From an uncultured Gemmatimonadales bacterium (lineage in GTDB: Bacteria > Gemmatimonadota > Gemmatimonadetes > Gemmatimonadales > GWC2-71-9), in assembly GCA_963695555.1 (NCBI GenBank), contig CAVOGR010000001.1, positions 288,001 to 352,000 of the forward strand: a DNA stretch of 64,000 nt, in the 5' to 3' direction. How positions within the stretch are numbered: position 1 is the first letter of the stretch; each line of letters starts with the position of its first letter. Both the position numbers and the translations under genes were made by a program. The notes beneath the pieces are model-generated. The model saw only the letters and a list, made by a program, of their open reading frames with translations, was not told the origin of the DNA and ran no database searches. Positions 10,563 to 20,843 of the stretch are shown here, one piece after another.

Positions 10563-12077
10563 TTAGGGGCTCGGATGGGGCCTTGCCGATGTCCGGCCGA
10601 CCCTCCAAATGGCAAGAACCGCGAGGCCCCCGAGCCCGAGCAGCAGGAATGGGGCAATGCCCGCGGCCGGGCTCTCAGCGTAGCTCGTTGAGGCTCGGGA
10701 AAGGGTGGTCAAGGCTGGCAGCTGAATCCCCTGGGACACGATGGTCTCGAGCACTCCCATGATGCTGCGATCTGGATAGGGCACGCGCACTATCGCCATG
10801 GCCCAGGCCAGCGCGAAGGAGCCTATCCCCACGGGCCAACTGATCCAGCGCGGCAGCCGGATCAATACGGCAATCGTGAGCAGCGTAAGCAACGGAACCA
10901 CCGGGATCACATAGCGAATACCCGTGATGTACTGCAGTTGGGTGTACTGCACCGCACTGAAGAACACGAGATAGGACAGCGCTATTCCGAAGAGCGTCAC
11001 GGTCTCCCGCCATGGGATGATGCTGATGCCCTTGATATTGAGCCATGGGGCGAAGAGGGCGAGCGACAGCGCCGGGGCGGTGATGAAGAGGCCGAAACGC
11101 GGATCGAGCAGGAGCGTCCAAAACAGCTCTTCCTGTGGGCCGGTGACACCTTGGTATCCGAGATTGCTCCATTCAACCGGAGGCATGTGGTGCTGCGGGG
11201 GATAGAACGGAGTGCCGAAGGCCGACCACTGATAGAACCAGAGGAGCAGGATGGGACCCACCGCCCCGAGGCTGTACCAGGCAGCGGCTTTGAGGCCCGT
11301 GGTCCAATCCTCGCGATGACAGTATCGCCACACGGCATAGAGCCCACACAGTCCGACTGCGAGCGCCCCGCTGTAGTCGCAGAGGAGGGCCATCCCGGCG
11401 CAGAGCCCACCCCACACCAGCCGCGTGCGTGTCCCGAGGCGGAACTGCTGTCCCGGATTCCACAACAGAGCGAACGCCACGAAGCCGAAGATCGCAACGG
11501 CCAGATTCTGATTCAGATATCCGGTTCGAAAGAAGATCGGGGTGCCCAACGCATAGAACAGCGCACCGGCGAGCGAGGGAGCGGACCGCAAGCCAGTGCC
11601 AAGAAGTACACGGTACATGATCACTGCGCCGAAGGCGCTGAGCGGCGCCATGAAGAGCACCACCGTGATGAGGCCTACGAGGCCGAACTTGATGTCCAGC
11701 CCCCGCTTCCTCACCTCCTGATAGAACCGCACGCGGGCCGGGCGAAGATCCTGAAAGCGAGCGCGTGCCGTGTCCCCCTCGGCCGACCGGGCAGCCACGA
11801 CCCTCCGGACGATGGGATCGGTAATGGGGCGCAGGAGGAAATAGGGAATGGCGGCCATCATGGAAATGCCGGGGTTCGCTCCGTGATAGGCATGTCCGTC
11901 CGGGAGTTGAAAGATGTCCGGATGTAACCCGTAGTACTCGTCGAGGCGGAAGCTTCCCTGCTCGGCGATGCTGACGACCAGGTAATGCTCTCGGGCGAAA
12001 TCCGTCGCAACATGCAGGCTGAAGATCACCCAACACGTCAGGAACAGACGGATCGCAATCCCTCGTGCAGGCATCAT
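10563..12077 (-). CDS. Polytopic membrane protein, probable GT-C fold
   Basis: 504 aa, about 11 TM segments; first loop TDFAREHY...LDEYYGLHPD; GLFITAP and GIRYVIP motifs. Confidence 0.65.
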   Translation of the reverse strand: MMPARGIAIRLFLTCWVIFSLHVATDFAREHYLVVSIAEQGSFRLDEYYGLHPDIFQLPDGHAYHGANPGISMMAAIPYFLLRPITDPIVRRVVAARSAEGDTARARFQDLRPARVRFYQEVRKRGLDIKFGLVGLITVVLFMAPLSAFGAVIMYRVLLGTGLRSAPSLAGALFYALGTPIFFRTGYLNQNLAVAIFGFVAFALLWNPGQQFRLGTRTRLVWGGLCAGMALLCDYSGALAVGLCGLYAVWRYCHREDWTTGLKAAAWYSLGAVGPILLLWFYQWSAFGTPFYPPQHHMPPVEWSNLGYQGVTGPQEELFWTLLLDPRFGLFITAPALSLALFAPWLNIKGISIIPWRETVTLFGIALSYLVFFSAVQYTQLQYITGIRYVIPVVPLLTLLTIAVLIRLPRWISWPVGIGSFALAWAMAIVRVPYPDRSIMGVLETIVSQGIQLPALTTLSRASTSYAESPAAGIAPFLLLGLGGLAVLAIWRVGRTSARPHPSP

Positions 12078-13129
12078 GGGCTCTGATGCGCCTCGAGGCT
12101 TACAGCCTTGCCCGAGGCAGTGCTCCGGTACACCGCGTCGGCGATTTCCACGGCGCGAAGCCCGGCGACTCCATCCGCCAGCGGGACACGGTTATCTCCG
12201 CCGAGGAGCTTCACGAAATCCCGAAGCTCGTCCTGGAACGAGATGAGCGCGGTAGAAGTCCAGCTCTTGAGCTTCTCGCGTAGGATGATCTCCGGGTACA
12301 GCTTGATCTGGCGCTTTCGAGGCCCTCCGGGCTTCTCCTGGGTGATCAGGAGATTGAACATCGGAGCGTAGTACCCACGCACCATGCCACGGTCACCATA
12401 GGCTTCCACATGGAAGCGGTACCCCTTCCATTCGGTCCATGTCGCCTGATACACGGCAGGAATGCCCGCGGGGCTCTTGAGGACGGCGATGGCATTGTCC
12501 TCCGAGCCCACGATCTTCCAGATATTATTGCTCGCAAACCCGTAGACCTCGGTTATGTCGCCGAGTAGGTATCGAGCCAGGTCCGTCATATGGATACCGA
12601 CGTCCATCATGGCCCCACCGCCGGAATCCGGAGCCCGATATTGCCAGTCGGCGCGGAAATTGGCGAGACCGTCATGCCCGCCGAAGATGCGGAGGTGGTC
12701 GAGTATCCCGATGCGGCCCTCATCAATGGCCTGCTTCAGGAACTTGATGCAGGGGTAGTACCGGTGGTTGAACCCCACGGCGAGGTGTGCGCCGGTTCCG
12801 GCCGCCGCCGTCAGCATGCGACGGCACGACGCAGTAGAGTTTCCCAATGGCTTTTCGCACAGCACGTGTTTTCCGGCGCTCAGTGCGGCCGTGACCTGTT
12901 CCGCATGGTCTGGCAGCGGACTGGACACGATCACCGCATCGACCGGGGTCTCGAGCAACTGCCGGTAATCCCGGAAGACCTTGGCCTGGGTCCCGCGGGC
13001 TGCGCGTTCCGCGTGCTCGGGCTTCGGATCTGCCACGGCGATCAGTGCGGTATCCGGATTGTCCCGGATGCTCTGTGCGCGAAGCGTGCCGATGATTCCT
13101 GCGCCAATGACACCGAATTGTATAGTCAC
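12074..13129 (-). CDS. Gfo/Idh/MocA family oxidoreductase
   Basis: FGVIGAGIIG, GKHVLCEKP, GGGAMMDVGIH. Confidence 0.92.
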   Translation of the reverse strand: MTIQFGVIGAGIIGTLRAQSIRDNPDTALIAVADPKPEHAERAARGTQAKVFRDYRQLLETPVDAVIVSSPLPDHAEQVTAALSAGKHVLCEKPLGNSTASCRRMLTAAAGTGAHLAVGFNHRYYPCIKFLKQAIDEGRIGILDHLRIFGGHDGLANFRADWQYRAPDSGGGAMMDVGIHMTDLARYLLGDITEVYGFASNNIWKIVGSEDNAIAVLKSPAGIPAVYQATWTEWKGYRFHVEAYGDRGMVRGYYAPMFNLLITQEKPGGPRKRQIKLYPEIILREKLKSWTSTALISFQDELRDFVKLLGGDNRVPLADGVAGLRAVEIADAVYRSTASGKAVSLEAHQSP

Positions 13130-13148
13130 CGCTGCTCCTCCGGTCCAG

Positions 13149-14573
13149 TCAATCCTCTACCACGTGAGTGGCAAAGGTTTCGCGATACCTCTTCCACGAC
13201 GATTGATCGAATCCTGCAGGTCCCAGACAGTCAGCGGCCGCGTACGCCATGGCCAGGGCATGGTGGGTGTTGTCATGGGCAAAGAGGCCCTGACGGCCAT
13301 AGCTCAGCATGTTGGGTAACGACGACGCCCACTGATCGAGGGTCTCGAAGGCGCGCTCATAGCCGGTCACGTAGATCGGGTATGCCTGTTGCAACCGCCT
13401 CACATGAACCCGCGTCGGCGGTGCGGGAAGCGGAATGCCCGCCCGGTCCAGATCGACCGCGATGAGATTCCCGAGGCTCGCTTCGTCCATGGCCCAGCAC
13501 TCGTCGGTGACGGCGCAGGGGAGTTCCGCGCACAACGTCGTCTTCCCGTGCGGCTCCTCGAGCGCGGCGTAGTTCTTGGGCTCCGACATCCGCGTCATGC
13601 GGGTCTCGACCCCGGGGAAATAGTGGGCGTCGAATTCGGTGAATCGGTCGACCGGGAGCTCGAGATAGACCAGAATCATCGCGCGGAACCGAAGCGCGGC
13701 TGCCGCCTCCGCGACAGGGCGCGGCGCCGGTGGACTCATTGCGCGAGCCAAGACGGGAATCGGGATGGTCGACCAGAGGTAATCGGCGTTGACCGTTTGG
13801 ACCTCGCCGTCCCGGCCTGCTTCCACCACCCACCCCTCGCCCGAGCCGCTTCGTCGGGTGAGCTTGGTGACCGGGTGTCCGAAGCGAAACGTGGCGCCTA
13901 GGTCGCGCGCAACAGTGGCGTACGCCTCCGAGATCTGACCGTACCCGTGGCGCGGGTAGTAAAACCGGCCGCTTCCCGGCGGCTTGAAGCCCGGCACGGC
14001 GTTCATCACCTTCCGAATGAGTTTGCCGAAGGAGCCGGCCGACACGCGGCGGCGGGCCTGGATGGCGGACAATTCCTCTGGATCGCACCCCCAGATCTTG
14101 CGGGCGTAGGGGAAATAGAAGTCGTGACAAATGGTGGGGCCGAGGTTCGCCAGCAACACGCCGGCAAAGGTGTCCTCGGTATCGACCGACTGTCGGAGCA
14201 GCTTTCGGACGGCATCGCGCGCCGTTCCGAGGGCGAAGCCAGGGTCCAGTCGCAGCACGAGGTCGATAGGGGTGAGTGGAAAGTGGATCCACTTTCCCCG
14301 CAGGCGAATCCGGCCGTGACGCGGCCGATCCAAGAGATCTTCACCCAGTAGCCGGCGAATGTCGGCCAAGATGGTTGGATCACATGCCGGGTGGAGCCGA
14401 TGGCTGCCGTAATCCAGTCGCTGGCCGCCAGCTTCGAAGCTGGCGGCATTGCCGCCGACCACGGCATGCTGCTCGAGAACTGTGACGCGAGCCTTGGCAA
14501 GACGGCGGAGTTGATAGGCTGCTCCGACTCCGGCCGGCCCGGCGCCGAGGATGACCACATGGGGTTCAGCCAT
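13149..14573 (-). CDS. FAD-dependent oxidoreductase (protoporphyrinogen-oxidase / UDP-galactopyranose-mutase-like family of glycan loci)
   Basis: VVILGAGPAG, VGGNAAS, DYGSHRLH, KIWG, AYP.Y, GRQGLF.HDN.HH. Confidence 0.8.
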   Translation of the reverse strand: MAEPHVVILGAGPAGVGAAYQLRRLAKARVTVLEQHAVVGGNAASFEAGGQRLDYGSHRLHPACDPTILADIRRLLGEDLLDRPRHGRIRLRGKWIHFPLTPIDLVLRLDPGFALGTARDAVRKLLRQSVDTEDTFAGVLLANLGPTICHDFYFPYARKIWGCDPEELSAIQARRRVSAGSFGKLIRKVMNAVPGFKPPGSGRFYYPRHGYGQISEAYATVARDLGATFRFGHPVTKLTRRSGSGEGWVVEAGRDGEVQTVNADYLWSTIPIPVLARAMSPPAPRPVAEAAAALRFRAMILVYLELPVDRFTEFDAHYFPGVETRMTRMSEPKNYAALEEPHGKTTLCAELPCAVTDECWAMDEASLGNLIAVDLDRAGIPLPAPPTRVHVRRLQQAYPIYVTGYERAFETLDQWASSLPNMLSYGRQGLFAHDNTHHALAMAYAAADCLGPAGFDQSSWKRYRETFATHVVED

Positions 14574-15534
14574 GTGAGGAAACCTTAGCCGAACGCCACA
14601 CCGACTCGCTCACGCCCGCCTCAGAGCCTGACCTACGGAGCACCAACCACAGCAGCCCCCCGAGGAGCCCGCCCGCAATCAGCACGGACTGCCACACCAA
14701 CGAAGCGGCAACACCCACCGACGGTCGAACGCCAAAGGGGACCAGCAAGGCGGCGAGCGTGGCCTCCCGGACCGCGAGCCCGCCGAGGCTGATCGGGAGC
14801 AGGCTAACGACTTTGGCCAGCGGCCAGACGAGGAACCACACCGCAAGCGGGACTCGGATGCCGACGCCCGCGCCGAGCGCGGCGTTGAGCAGCACGAACC
14901 CGCCCTGGATCGTCAGGGAGAGGGCGAGGATGGTGATGGCGGTTCCGGGCCGGCGCGAGATCCGGCGGATCGCGACCATGCTCCGGGCGACATGGCGTCG
15001 GACCTTCTTGGGCCATTTCGCGAGCGGCCGGCGCAGCGCCAAGGGCAAGGCGATGACGGTCACCAACACCCCGATCACACCGGCGAGGCCAAGGAGTTGC
15101 GCCCAGAGCCCTGGGAGGGCGGTGCGGGCGGTGAGTGCACCGGCGGCGACCAACAGGCTTAGGGCGACGACATCGCTCAGTCTATCGACCACGCCACCCC
15201 ACACGGCGGCCTCGGGACGCCGTGTCGCCTTGGCGGCGAGCGCCGCTCGAAGCACGTCGCCGCCGACGATGCTCGGCAGACACAGATTGGCGAAGAGTCC
15301 GGCCGCATAACACTTGGCTCCATCGAGCGCGCCAAGCCCGCCTCGCCCGGCGTTCACCGCGAACCGCCACTTGAACACACCGATCGCGTGCCCGAGGACG
15401 AACCCACCGAGAACACCGAGCCAGAGCGGGGCCGAGAGGCTCGCGAATGCCGTCCGCAGCTCGTGCCACGGCAGAACGACGAGCAGGACCGCGAGTAACC
15501 CCGCGCTCAACGCAACGCGGTGCCACAGTTTCAT
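14566..15534 (-). CDS. Lysylphosphatidylglycerol-synthase TM-domain (UPF0104) flippase-like protein
   Basis: FANLCLPSIVGGDVLRA, DRLSD, LPISLGGLAVREA. Confidence 0.85.
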   Translation of the reverse strand: MKLWHRVALSAGLLAVLLVVLPWHELRTAFASLSAPLWLGVLGGFVLGHAIGVFKWRFAVNAGRGGLGALDGAKCYAAGLFANLCLPSIVGGDVLRAALAAKATRRPEAAVWGGVVDRLSDVVALSLLVAAGALTARTALPGLWAQLLGLAGVIGVLVTVIALPLALRRPLAKWPKKVRRHVARSMVAIRRISRRPGTAITILALSLTIQGGFVLLNAALGAGVGIRVPLAVWFLVWPLAKVVSLLPISLGGLAVREATLAALLVPFGVRPSVGVAASLVWQSVLIAGGLLGGLLWLVLRRSGSEAGVSESVWRSAKVSSHG

Positions 15535-16454
15535 CGGTGCATCGCGATCCGCGCGTTTTGGTCTGCCAGAAGCCCGACCGACCAGACGAGCAGCGCACCG
15601 AGCAGGGCGAGCACCGCGCTCTCGGACAGGTTGTCCCTGGTGACATCGAAGGCGAACTTGGCCAGGCCGGCCAGCGCGAGGATGCCACCCAATGGCAGGA
15701 ACACCCGCAGCGGATTGAAGAAGACAATGGTCCGGAGGATGAGCAGCGTGAAGTCGTACGCGTGCCGGGGCCGGATTTTGGACTTCCCGAGCCGGGGGTG
15801 GTAGTTGATCTGATGATAGGCCACCGGGTGCCCGTTACAGGCGGCTGCCAAGGTGATCGTGGTCGTGAACGAGAACCCGTCGGGCAGGAGATGTGCGTAC
15901 CGCTGGACCAGAGACTTTCGCATGAGCCGGAGCCCCGAGTTGATGTCCGGCAGTCGTTCTCCTGCCAGGTAACTGGCCAGCCAGCGCAAGAACCACTTCG
16001 CTGGGCGGCGCACCAGCGGGATCTTGACGTGTTGCCCGGTCCGGGCTCCTACCACCATTTCGTGTGACGGGGCAAGCTCGAGCAGGGCGGGGATCGCGGC
16101 GGCCGGATAGGTGCCGTCCGCATCGGTAATGAGAATCCATTCGTGCCGGGCCGCCTCCACACCCAACTTGAGCGTCGCCCCGTAGCCGCGATTCCGAGCC
16201 CGGCGGAGCACCCGGACCCCCGTGGTGGCCGCGGCCTCGGCGGTGCCGTCGGTCGACCCGTCGTCAACTACGAGAATCTCGTAGGACCACCCGGTGTCTT
16301 GCAGTGCCTGCTCGACTTCCCGGACCCCATCGGCCACATGACCGGCCTCGTTGAAGGCTGGAATGATGACCGAGACCGCCCGCTTCAAGTTTTCGAGGCT
16401 GGTATCGCTGACTTCTTCGATCCTGCTCGGAGCGGGAGAGCCTACGTGTGTCAT
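15531..16454 (-). CDS. GT2 polyprenol-phosphate glycosyltransferase with 2 C-terminal TM helices
   Basis: [44 protein letters not shown] 16454 overlaps the upstream TGA. Confidence 0.85.
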   Translation of the reverse strand: MTHVGSPAPSRIEEVSDTSLENLKRAVSVIIPAFNEAGHVADGVREVEQALQDTGWSYEILVVDDGSTDGTAEAAATTGVRVLRRARNRGYGATLKLGVEAARHEWILITDADGTYPAAAIPALLELAPSHEMVVGARTGQHVKIPLVRRPAKWFLRWLASYLAGERLPDINSGLRLMRKSLVQRYAHLLPDGFSFTTTITLAAACNGHPVAYHQINYHPRLGKSKIRPRHAYDFTLLILRTIVFFNPLRVFLPLGGILALAGLAKFAFDVTRDNLSESAVLALLGALLVWSVGLLADQNARIAMHR

Positions 16455-18115
16455 CGCGTCACCATTACAACGACGGACCCGCCCCCAATTGTACCGGGGA
16501 ACACGGCCGCCGTGTCGTATGAGGTTTGGAGATGATACCAAATGTCCGGTTGAACGGCCGACAAGCGGACAGGGAAAGTATACAGCACCCACGTCCGCGT
16601 GTGACTCTGCTCGATGGTGCGAAGGGCCTCAATGCTCGCGACGGAGTCCCAGCTTCGGTTCAGGAAGTCCCGGTACGGGTAATTCGTCAAATCGACAGTC
16701 ACGACCGCATCATTGCTTCCCATGGAGGTCTCGACCAGCTCTGCGGCCCCGGCGAAATCCTGTTTTGGTCCCCATGCCCGCGGCACGGTGAGTGCGCTCA
16801 GCAGAGCGACGGTACTCGCGAGACCCGTTGCGACAGCACGGGCGCGGGCAGGCACGAGGGCGTCGCTGATAGCGAAGATACCGCGGATCGCTATGAGCAC
16901 GCCGAATCCTGCCGAGAAGAAGAAAAGCCGCGGCCACAGATTATGAGCAAGCATCACTGCCGCTGCTGCGGTGAGAACCGCCGGCAGCACCATGAGGACG
17001 GCAACCGGTGGGCTCCGGCGCCAGAAGCTCACCCAACCGCTCGCGGCCACCACCAACCCCATCACGAGGATGATCGGCCCCCCGGGGAACCCCGTGCTCA
17101 GCCCACGGAGCGACTCGGTCAGAAGCCAGATGGGGTTTTGCCATTGGGTGGCATGGCTCGGGCCTCCAGATCCCAACAGCGTCCCGGCCAGCTGGGGCAA
17201 CACCAGCGCGTACAAGGTCAGGGAGAAGCTCCCGGCGCAGGCGAGCGCCCACAGTGTGGGCAGGACGGCGGCGCGGGTTGCCTCGCGGCGATTGTGCCAG
17301 ACGAGAACCATCCAGATGACGGCGTGAGCTGCAACCACGAGGACTGCCGTCAAGTGGACGTAGATGGCCAGCGCCATGCTCAGTCCATACCAGAGGATGG
17401 CTCTCCACGTTGGCTGTGCGGTGGACACGAGCCTGAGAAACGCGGCGGTTCCCACCAGTGTGCCCAACAGGAGTCCGGTGTACCCTCGGGCATTTTGGGA
17501 GAACCAGACATGGTGGTAAGAGACCGTGAGGAGTGCAGTGGCCAGGAAGGCCTCCCGCTGCGAGGTGACCCGGCGACCGAATTCGAAGAGGGCCCAGATG
17601 CTCAACACGCCGAGGACGGCGGCCGGTAGACGAAGCGCGAAGGCGCCTTCCCCGAACGTCATCACGGACAGTTTCGCGAGCAACGAGTAGAACAGGTGGT
17701 TGTTCTGGCTATCGTAGGTCGAGATGATGTGGCTCAGTGGATACCGGACGTAGTCAACCAGGGTCTGAATCTCGTCGAACCACAGCCCGCCCCCGAGGTG
17801 GGAGAGACGGAGCAGAGCGGCGACGAGCAGGGTGATTCCCAGGGCAAGCTGCCAGACCGGTTCCCTGGGCGAGCGGGCAATCGGAAGGGGCGTGGCCAAG
17901 GGGCGTTCGACCGAGTGCCAGGGCCCGGTCCGCCAGGCGGCGAGCGCCAGGAGGGCTAGGGTCAGGAGGATTCCCTTGAGCAACCAGACGCCGGTGATCA
18001 GCGTGCCCTCGACGACGCCCGACCCGCCTGCCAACAGCGCGGCCAAGCCGCGGACTGGGAGGGTCAGCGCGACTAAGGCCGAGACGAGGGCGAGACTGAT
18101 CGCAAATGGTTTCAT
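16451..18115 (-). CDS. GT-C fold glycosyltransferase (PMT_2/GT39/GT83-like)
   Basis: LRL..LGGGLWFDEI.T, NNHLFYSLL, LRLPA, SQNARGY. Confidence 0.85.
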   Translation of the reverse strand: MKPFAISLALVSALVALTLPVRGLAALLAGGSGVVEGTLITGVWLLKGILLTLALLALAAWRTGPWHSVERPLATPLPIARSPREPVWQLALGITLLVAALLRLSHLGGGLWFDEIQTLVDYVRYPLSHIISTYDSQNNHLFYSLLAKLSVMTFGEGAFALRLPAAVLGVLSIWALFEFGRRVTSQREAFLATALLTVSYHHVWFSQNARGYTGLLLGTLVGTAAFLRLVSTAQPTWRAILWYGLSMALAIYVHLTAVLVVAAHAVIWMVLVWHNRREATRAAVLPTLWALACAGSFSLTLYALVLPQLAGTLLGSGGPSHATQWQNPIWLLTESLRGLSTGFPGGPIILVMGLVVAASGWVSFWRRSPPVAVLMVLPAVLTAAAAVMLAHNLWPRLFFFSAGFGVLIAIRGIFAISDALVPARARAVATGLASTVALLSALTVPRAWGPKQDFAGAAELVETSMGSNDAVVTVDLTNYPYRDFLNRSWDSVASIEALRTIEQSHTRTWVLYTFPVRLSAVQPDIWYHLQTSYDTAAVFPGTIGGGSVVVMVTR

Positions 18116-18127
18116 ATCTGGGAGTTA
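18103..18127. promoter_or_regulatory. 25-bp dyad element, weaker copy overlapping the predicted start codon
   Basis: CAA-ATGG-TTT-CATAT-CTG-GGAG-TTA. Confidence 0.3.
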
Positions 18128-18151
18128 GGGAGCCATGACGGGCCAAGTCTC

Positions 18152-18168
18152 AGCAATGTCCGTTCCAC
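18152..18168 (-). promoter_or_regulatory. Putative sigma-54 -24/-12 promoter
   Basis: GTGGAACGGACATTGCT, close to the TGGCACG-N4-TTGCW consensus, 37 bp upstream of ATG 18115. Confidence 0.65.
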
Positions 18169-18234
18169 CGCTCTGACCACGCGCTGTGCCGGTCCATGGA
18201 AGGAGAAGTTGTGGCGCAATCGCAACGGTCAAGG

Positions 18235-20409
18235 CTACGGCCTTGGCGAAAACGGCTCGAGCTCCCCGGCGCGGACCGGGCCTTGGATCACCCGATAGCC
18301 TCCGCCGGTCCTGCTTGGACCTTCAACCAGCCAAATCGGCCGGTTGGCGTAGTGGGCGAGAATCGAGTCGCGCACTTCCGGCGTCCTGTCCCAGGCATAG
18401 ACAGGGCCGTCCGCTTCCCAGTCGAGGGAGTTATACACCGCGGCGGAATGGTAGTCGGGATGGCGTTTTCCTTGGATGAGCACCAGGCTCCGCCCGAACC
18501 CTGCCTCCCGGGCCAGATGGGTAATGCCCGGCCTCATGCCCCGGTAGTGGTGGTACTTGTCGATCGCGCGCCAGGGGACAAATGTCACCAGCGCCATAGC
18601 GGAGAGGGTGAGTACGCCAAGGACGACTCGCCGCTCTGCGAACCGGGCTTGAACGAGGTCCGCGAGAATGATGGCCCCTCGCGCCGTGAGTCCAACGCAC
18701 GGAACGAGGATCAGGTACCAGTAGCGGGCGCCAAAATCCGGACCGCCGCTGAACCAATAGAAACTGTGGATTCCGACCACTGCCAAGGCACTGGTCAGGA
18801 GGAGGTGGTCGCTTCGGTTCATGCGTCTGGAAAACACCGCCAGCAGGACGAGTAGCAACGACCCTGTGGCCCATCCAAACAACTCGACGTTGGTTGCGAA
18901 GAGGTTGAAGTTGGCGTTTACCACCACGTCGACGACCCCGTGTCCGGGTAACGGGTCTAGCCCGCTCCATCCGACACCGCGTTCGGGTCCGAAACCGAGG
19001 GCATTGGTCTTCGGGCCATAGAAGGCGTCAAAGTACTCCATGACTGGGAATACTCGCGCCACTCCGGTGAGGGCCTGGTTGTACCACAGGTTCACCAGCC
19101 CTCCGCCGGCTGCTGCTGCGATCATGCCGGTAATGGCGCCGATCGAGAGTCGCTTGCCTCCGAGACCGATGCTCCAAAGGCCCAGCAGTGCCGCCACGAC
19201 GAGCGCATCGAGTGGTCGAACCAGGCTGATGACGCCCATTGCCCCACCTGCAAGCCAGGCCCACCTGGCGTGGCCGGATGCTCGGCAAGCCTGGACACCG
19301 AGGGCCGCGGTGAGGGCGCATGTCAGGGTGAATTGGTGGGCCATGAAGCTCATGGCCAGGAACAAGCTCCAGGGGGAGCAGGCCAGGAGTACCGCTCCCA
19401 TGCGGGCGGTTCTCCGGTCGTACAAGCGGCCAAGAAGGACGTAGGCGAGCACCACGTTGAGCGCGGCCAAGAGGGGATTGACGATCCAGGGCGCTCCCAT
19501 GCGGACGCCCAACGCCAAGATCGCCGGCCAGCCGGGCGGGAATACCGAGTAGACCTTGTCGGCCCCGAAATAGAGCAGATCGACGCTGAATCCCCCCAGC
19601 ACCGGGGGAGGCGGCAGCCAGAGCATTCCCGCGGCGAAGGTGCGGGCCTGGATCAGGTATGCCACTTCGTCCGGCACGTGGGGGTGGCGCTGATAGGAGA
19701 GAAGGGTGAGGGCCAGGCTCACGACCAAGGTGAATGCGGCGGCCAGGAGGACGAACCGATCGACGCGGGCGCGCCCGTCCTCGGGCGTGACATGGTCGAG
19801 CCCGAGTTGGCCGAGACTGGCAAGACGCCCGGATTCGAGCGCGGGGCCGGGAATGGCCCAGACCGCGAGGAGGATCGTTCCCAGAGCAAGGGCCTGGGCG
19901 TATGTAGCAAGTACGAGCTCGGTCACGGTGGTCGTTATCGATCGCGACACGGTCGCGCTGGCGAGCGCGACGAGCATGCCGATGGCGACGACTCGCCAGG
20001 GCCGGAATGAGCGGCCGATCCAGGTGCGGATCGGAGGCCAGCGCCGGGCGATGCCAACCACGACCAGGACGGTCTGTAGGCCCAACCATCCGCTGAGGAG
20101 CGCGTTCGGGCCCGAGGGGAGTTGGCCCAGGGGGACGAAATGCTGGTAGGCAACGTTGGGCCCCGCGCGGATGAGCTGGAGCGTGACGGCCTGGCCGACG
20201 ATCGCAACCGCGAGCCAGAGTCCGGCTTTTCGGAGGTACCCGGCCCACGTCAGCGCGGCGGCGCCCAGCGCCGCGGCGAGGGCGAAGGCCAGGTTTACCT
20301 GGGGGACCAGAGCGTTCTCGGCGTCCCTGAATCGAGGATCGAGAAGGGCCCACGCCAGGGTGAGGACGGCGGCGGTCCAGAAGAGCCACTTGGGAAGTAC
20401 TGGCCTCAT
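18235..20409 (-). CDS. Polytopic GT-C-like glycosyltransferase (paralog of 1469..3694)
   Basis: Start moved to ATG 20409 (MRPVLPKW); PHVPDEVAYLIQAR, FPPGWPAILALG, GARYWY. Confidence 0.8.
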   Translation of the reverse strand: MRPVLPKWLFWTAAVLTLAWALLDPRFRDAENALVPQVNLAFALAAALGAAALTWAGYLRKAGLWLAVAIVGQAVTLQLIRAGPNVAYQHFVPLGQLPSGPNALLSGWLGLQTVLVVVGIARRWPPIRTWIGRSFRPWRVVAIGMLVALASATVSRSITTTVTELVLATYAQALALGTILLAVWAIPGPALESGRLASLGQLGLDHVTPEDGRARVDRFVLLAAAFTLVVSLALTLLSYQRHPHVPDEVAYLIQARTFAAGMLWLPPPPVLGGFSVDLLYFGADKVYSVFPPGWPAILALGVRMGAPWIVNPLLAALNVVLAYVLLGRLYDRRTARMGAVLLACSPWSLFLAMSFMAHQFTLTCALTAALGVQACRASGHARWAWLAGGAMGVISLVRPLDALVVAALLGLWSIGLGGKRLSIGAITGMIAAAAGGGLVNLWYNQALTGVARVFPVMEYFDAFYGPKTNALGFGPERGVGWSGLDPLPGHGVVDVVVNANFNLFATNVELFGWATGSLLLVLLAVFSRRMNRSDHLLLTSALAVVGIHSFYWFSGGPDFGARYWYLILVPCVGLTARGAIILADLVQARFAERRVVLGVLTLSAMALVTFVPWRAIDKYHHYRGMRPGITHLAREAGFGRSLVLIQGKRHPDYHSAAVYNSLDWEADGPVYAWDRTPEVRDSILAHYANRPIWLVEGPSRTGGGYRVIQGPVRAGELEPFSPRP

Positions 20410-20432
20410 GGAAGCATCACCGCGTGTTGTGC

Positions 20433-20843
20433 TCAGGCCGTCGGGTCGCGGTTCGTGGACCGCGTTCCTGTCGCCTGGACAGCATTCACCGCATCGTCTC
20501 GAGCCTCCGGAGTCCCTCTGGTCGCATCCTGGATAGCCAGGCTTCGGATGATCTCGGTCACATCGGAGTTCAGCTTGCGGTACTTGTGGTAGAAATAGAC
20601 CACGGAGGCCAGGAACGAGAGCGCAATCAAGTACGAGACGAGGTCGGCTCCACGGCCGATCCCGAAGAACCGCGCAATGGTGTTGGTGAGGTCCGGCTGG
20701 GCGATGGTGATTCCGGCCGCGAGCCACAGGACCATGGAGAGCGCGGCGACCCAGCGGTGACCGTCTCTCCGTAGGAACCGCACGCCACTTCGGAGGAAGA
20801 GCAGTGCCGCAATGGGCACCGCGATCAACTGGAACATGGTCAT
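20433..20843 (-). CDS. DUF2304-like small membrane protein
   Basis: 3 TM helices, A..FGIGRGADLV.Y, C-terminal LNSDVTEIIRSLAI; ATGA overlap with the upstream GT2. Confidence 0.75.
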   Translation of the reverse strand: MTMFQLIAVPIAALLFLRSGVRFLRRDGHRWVAALSMVLWLAAGITIAQPDLTNTIARFFGIGRGADLVSYLIALSFLASVVYFYHKYRKLNSDVTEIIRSLAIQDATRGTPEARDDAVNAVQATGTRSTNRDPTA

